Source of the DNA: an uncultured virus (IMG/VR IMGVR_UViG_3300030330_006853)
Taxonomy: Duplodnaviria; Heunggongvirae; Uroviricota; Caudoviricetes
Strand: one strand, 5' to 3'
Length of the DNA: 20,000 nt
Virus record (IMG/VR): IMGVR_UViG_3300030330_006853
The notes under the pieces are model-generated. The model was not told the origin of the DNA. It saw only the letters and a program-made list of their open reading frames with translations, and did not search any database. Every line of letters starts with the position of its first letter. Within the stretch, counting starts at the first letter, position 1. The position numbers and the translations under genes were made by a program. Shown here in pieces: positions 17,134-20,000 of the stretch.

Positions 17134-17907
17134 CTAGAGGCCGGCGATTTGCATCCAACGGGAAACCGCAGGATTAGAAGGTGCAGCAGACTCATTAAGG
17201 TTTTCAGCTTCAACAGATTCCTTTACCTTGAGACCTTGAGTAAGCTTATCAGAAATGTGCTTCAGCATTGCTACTTTCTCTTCAGCATCGATTTCCTCAC
17301 CTCTAGCAAATTTATCTGTTGCCTTTTGGCCGGCGGTCTCGTCAATCATTTCTTCTTCCATGCTGCTGTAAGAGCCTTCGTCCGAAGGAGGGTGTGCAGA
17401 TTCTTCGTATCCGTACGTCATTTCATCCATCGGGTCTTCTTCCATTCTCACTTTTCCTCCACCGCAGTGGCTCTCGTCGGTTTCTTCTTCGGAAAGTTCG
17501 GCTGGAAGTTCTTCTTCATGCATGTGACGGCGATGGTCATGTGCGCGATCATCTTGCATTTCCAGGTTGTGGATGTGAGCGTTAAGAGCGTCTCTGATAT
17601 CGCGCAAGTGGTGAATATCCATGCGGTCGTGCATCATTTCTCTAGCAAAGCTTTCTTCATCCATCATATCGCCGCCGTGGTCACCACCGTGGCCTTCACT
17701 CATGTCGACATCACCTTCTTCGTAAACATCCATTTCTGACATTTTGTAACCCTCTTCGAAAAGTTGGGCTTCTTCCTGAATGATGGCGCGAAGCGTTTCA
17801 ATATCGAGGCTTACAGCCTCTTCCTCGAGGCGAGTTGCCCCCTCGTTTTCGATTTTTTGGGCCTCGGCCAAAATTATAGCTCTAAGTTGATCAGCTGTCA
17901 GTTCCAT
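17134..17907 (-). CDS. Highly acidic Glu/Met/His-rich motif-bearing protein (scaffold/core-like)
   Basis: Start reassigned to the ATG at 17907 (GGAG SD), giving MELTADQLRAIILAEAQ. Second motif copy LDIETLRAIIQEEAQ; ends RWMQIAGL. Confidence 0.85.
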   Translation of the reverse strand: MELTADQLRAIILAEAQKIENEGATRLEEEAVSLDIETLRAIIQEEAQLFEEGYKMSEMDVYEEGDVDMSEGHGGDHGGDMMDEESFAREMMHDRMDIHHLRDIRDALNAHIHNLEMQDDRAHDHRRHMHEEELPAELSEEETDESHCGGGKVRMEEDPMDEMTYGYEESAHPPSDEGSYSSMEEEMIDETAGQKATDKFARGEEIDAEEKVAMLKHISDKLTQGLKVKESVEAENLNESAAPSNPAVSRWMQIAGL

Positions 17908-17945
17908 GAATGGTCTCCGTGCGCGCAATATGCGCTTTTGTTCTA

Positions 17946-17952
17946 TACATAT
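17946..17952 (-). promoter_or_regulatory. Variant putative late-promoter motif (ATATGTA)
   Basis: One mismatch to RATANTTA, upstream of the 17907 start. Confidence 0.4.
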
Positions 17953-18146
17953 TTCGTTTCTTAACAAACTTACTGCTCAAAATCCCTTTGGAGATCCCAA
18001 AGATTTAGTCAAATCTTATGATGATCTCTCCGGATCTTTTGAAAATGGTATAATTTTTGAGTGAAATTTTAAATAGCTAATTTTGTGAAGTTCTTAATCG
18101 ACCCATTGTCCGAGCTAGATCAATAACGAGAAAACACAAGCAAAAG

Positions 18147-18518
18147 TCAAGTCTTCCAGTAGAACTTTTTCCATTGGTGGGCCGGGCGAGTCTCAAGATA
18201 TCCCTCGTCCTCATCGTGTGCGTAGGCTTCTCTCTCAAAACAGATCATGCGATACGACAGTTGCGCAGAGGAGCCGGAGAACAGGTGCCGGAGCCAGTCC
18301 AACAGGTAGATCACGTAGAAACCCAAGACCCAGAGCTCTCTTTGCTGGACGATATGGATGCGCTCGTGACGCAGCAGCGTCGGGCTCTCGTAGCGCGGGT
18401 TCACAATGATGAAGGGCCACAGGGTGATCGCAGCCACGGGGATAAACCACGACATAAGGCGCGTTAGTATCCCTGAACGGATGATATAGCCTGAGAATGG
18501 TGGGTTAGGCGTCGGCAT
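18147..18518 (-). CDS. HExxH (zincin-like) small membrane-associated protein
   Basis: AITLWPFI...LLRHERIHIVQQ...FEREAY gives an HExxH plus a downstream Glu, with two hydrophobic segments. Confidence 0.75.
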   Translation of the reverse strand: MPTPNPPFSGYIIRSGILTRLMSWFIPVAAITLWPFIIVNPRYESPTLLRHERIHIVQQRELWVLGFYVIYLLDWLRHLFSGSSAQLSYRMICFEREAYAHDEDEGYLETRPAHQWKKFYWKT

Positions 18519-18551
18519 ATGCGATATTAGACCTTCCGGCTCGCTAGTAGC

Positions 18552-19019
18552 CTAGTCTTCCTCGCCGTCGAATCCCATAGCAGCCATTTTGTGATCGAGG
18601 TGCCCGTGGACGGCGTCCATGCTGTCCGCCATCGTAGCGACCTTGGACTGGACCCATTCGGGTAGTTCGTCTTGATCGTCTAAGCGATCGTAGAGGGATT
18701 GAGCAAATTTCGCGATGCGAAAGAGTTGAGAGCGCGCCATGCGGGCAGCGCCGCCTCCGCCGTAGACCGCGTGATCGTGCTTGTCGGCAGGCAGTTCGCT
18801 GTCGTCAACCTCGTAGTCAACTGAGAAGTCAGCAACGTGCTCCCCCTCGTTTAGCTCAGACGTAGTAGGCGCATCAGAAGCCTCGCCAAGTTCACGACGA
18901 TAACGTGCAAGCTCCGCCAAAACCATCTCTTGAATATCTGCATGGCTTAGCGTCGGAGGAAACGCAGACTTCATCTCCTCGGAGATAATGCTCTTGATTT
19001 TTTTCATTGATATTTTCAT
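18552..19019 (-). CDS. Motif-bearing protein with a phage-type helical C-terminal domain
   Basis: N-terminus MKISMKKIKSIISEEMK and internal LSHADIQEMVLAEL. The C-terminal MARSQLFRIAKFAQSLYD...LPEWVQSKVA resembles a domain I recall from large-phage hypothetical proteins. Confidence 0.85.
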   Translation of the reverse strand: MKISMKKIKSIISEEMKSAFPPTLSHADIQEMVLAELARYRRELGEASDAPTTSELNEGEHVADFSVDYEVDDSELPADKHDHAVYGGGGAARMARSQLFRIAKFAQSLYDRLDDQDELPEWVQSKVATMADSMDAVHGHLDHKMAAMGFDGEED

Positions 19020-19606
19020 GATTCACCTTCTTCGTCGAAAGCTACCATCTCTTCGGGAGAAAGCTGACCCCTTACTAGCGGCTGCATAATCTCAATCTCT
19101 GCATCTGGGACGACATACTCATTATCTTTTGTGTATAAGTTTAAGTCGACTATGAAACGCCTCTTACCTGAGTCGTGCGAGCGATCGTCGGCATTTTCCA
19201 TGCCTAGTAGTTTCCAGCGATCATGTCCGCCAATGCTCATGCTTTGGACGCCGCCTGCACCTAGATCCATGTCATAGGGTAGAATGTTGAGCGGATCGTC
19301 ACTGCGCAAATAAGGGTTATTATCGCGGTCAACGGGCACCCGCGTTGTTGCTGAGGGTTTTCGACCCACCAGCCTGAGTGTTGTCGCGTCGTTCGTCCAC
19401 CCCTTACCAATTTCGGAGTTTGTAGCTCCGACCCTGATTCCCATCACGTCACCCCTGAGAAATTTGTCCATTACATCTGGGTGGTTCATGAGTATTCCTG
19501 TGCCGTCATGAACAACGTCTGTTTTGATAGCGTCTGAAGGCGCTGGGTATTTTCGGGATAGTTCTTCGCGAATAATCTCTCTAAGTTTTCTAGCTGTAAT
19601 CTTCAT
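19016..19606 (-). CDS. Motif-bearing hypothetical protein
   Basis: Start reassigned to the ATG at 19606, giving MKITARKLREIIREEL. ATGA overlaps at both ends. Confidence 0.85.
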   Translation of the reverse strand: MKITARKLREIIREELSRKYPAPSDAIKTDVVHDGTGILMNHPDVMDKFLRGDVMGIRVGATNSEIGKGWTNDATTLRLVGRKPSATTRVPVDRDNNPYLRSDDPLNILPYDMDLGAGGVQSMSIGGHDRWKLLGMENADDRSHDSGKRRFIVDLNLYTKDNEYVVPDAEIEIMQPLVRGQLSPEEMVAFDEEGES

Positions 19607-19701
19607 GCGCAGCACCCGCAATCTGTGCAGCTGCAGGCTTTGCAGCAGCAGCAACAATATTCGCTAAATAAGTTAGCTAATCTACGTAGTATTTTTCTCA
19701 T
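19603..19701 (-). CDS. Cys-rich 32-aa peptide, metallothionein-like; absent from the ORF track
   Basis: Hand translation: MRKILRRLANLFSEYCCCCCKACSCTDCGCCA*, with 10 Cys in the last 17 residues. ATGA overlaps with both the upstream stop (19698-19701) and the downstream start (19603-19606). Confidence 0.75.
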   Translation of the reverse strand: MRKILRRLANLFSEYCCCCCKACSCTDCGCCA

Positions 19702-20000
19702 CCGTCCATCTCCGTTTTGACGCGTTGTTGAAGTAGGTACGCGTAACCTTCAAATGTGTTTGCTGATTGTGCGAGGAAGTCGTTTAGACCAAGGCTAAGT
19801 TCGCCTGCTTCCTCTAAGTCGTTGAACATCTGCTCAACGAAAGCGATGTATGACTTGGCAAGTGCCAAAGCTGTGAGTGCGATCTTGACTGCGGACGCAT
19901 TGGTTGGTACAGGATAATCCATCAGCACCTCCAGGGCCTTATATGTGATCACCCTTGGGCAAGCCATGACCTCATCATTTGTGATGCCCACAGCTTTCTC
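19698..20000 (-). CDS. Ferritin-like/Dps-like protein, 5'-truncated by the window edge
   Basis: The frame is open to the window end (EKAVGITNDEVMACP...). EKAVG and GLNDFLAQSANTFEGYAYLLQQR resemble Dps helices (AERxxxLG; DhLxxxxxxxEKxxWhL). Confidence 0.55.
   Translation of the reverse strand, partial: EKAVGITNDEVMACPRVITYKALEVLMDYPVPTNASAVKIALTALALAKSYIAFVEQMFNDLEEAGELSLGLNDFLAQSANTFEGYAYLLQQRVKTEMDG

Noticed and set aside
17908..17967. Longer track starts for the 17134 ORF (and likewise the 16802, 16465 and 887 ORFs)
   Set aside because: Downstream ATGs have SD sequences, reduce overlaps and, for the first three, place the shared tag at residue 1.
7806..18450. Alternative-frame minus-strand ORFs 7806-8036, 13314-13604, 16018-16311 and 18235-18450
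   Set aside because: They overlap better-supported genes almost entirely and show no motif or convincing SD.
707..18467. All plus-strand ORFs in the track (e.g. 2611-2964, 13297-13719, 17149-17739, 18174-18467)
   Set aside because: They are antisense shadows of well-supported minus-strand genes, with no recognisable motifs and atypical composition.
19641..19656. (GCA)n tract as a microsatellite
   Set aside because: Better explained as five consecutive Cys codons in the coupled 32-aa ORF.
19607..19657. N-terminal extension MLLLLQSLQLHRLRVLR of the 19016 ORF
   Set aside because: It is an off-frame reading of the Cys-rich peptide. The ATG at 19606 gives the consensus tag and an ATGA overlap.
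1..20000. Stop-codon reassignment (seen in some large phages)
   Set aside because: TAA, TAG and TGA all end full-length genes followed closely by new starts, and conserved genes are not interrupted.
1..20000. CRISPR array, tRNA genes, transposases or integrases
   Set aside because: No regularly spaced direct repeats, tRNA cloverleaf with T-loop consensus, or mobile-element motifs were seen by eye.

Overview
This window looks like part of a large (jumbo-type) bacteriophage genome. All credible genes lie on the minus strand and are tightly packed, often with ATGA/TAATG overlaps. The left half (1-10 kb) carries host-like auxiliary genes: the 5' end of a tmRNA, an Hc1-like nucleoid protein, a Pol-beta-family nucleotidyltransferase, a GroEL-like protein lacking its ATP-binding motif, a complete YeaH-SpoVR-PrkA triad, and an M23 peptidase with two small membrane proteins. 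The right half (10-20 kb) is an array of otherwise unrelated proteins that share an N-terminal motif, M-x-(I/L)-(S/T)-xxx-L-(R/K)-x-(I/V)-I-x-E-E-(L/I); one further copy lies at the left end. The motif is a candidate capsid-targeting and maturation-cleavage tag. Embedded in the array are a homolog of the myxobacterial gliding protein CglF/GltF, an HExxH protein, an unannotated 32-aa peptide with 10 Cys (metallothionein-like) and a partial ferritin/Dps-like gene. A recurring intergenic motif RATANTTA (putative late promoter) sits in several cases inside an inverted repeat that would hide the Shine-Dalgarno sequence. All family assignments come from motif recognition by eye, not database searches.
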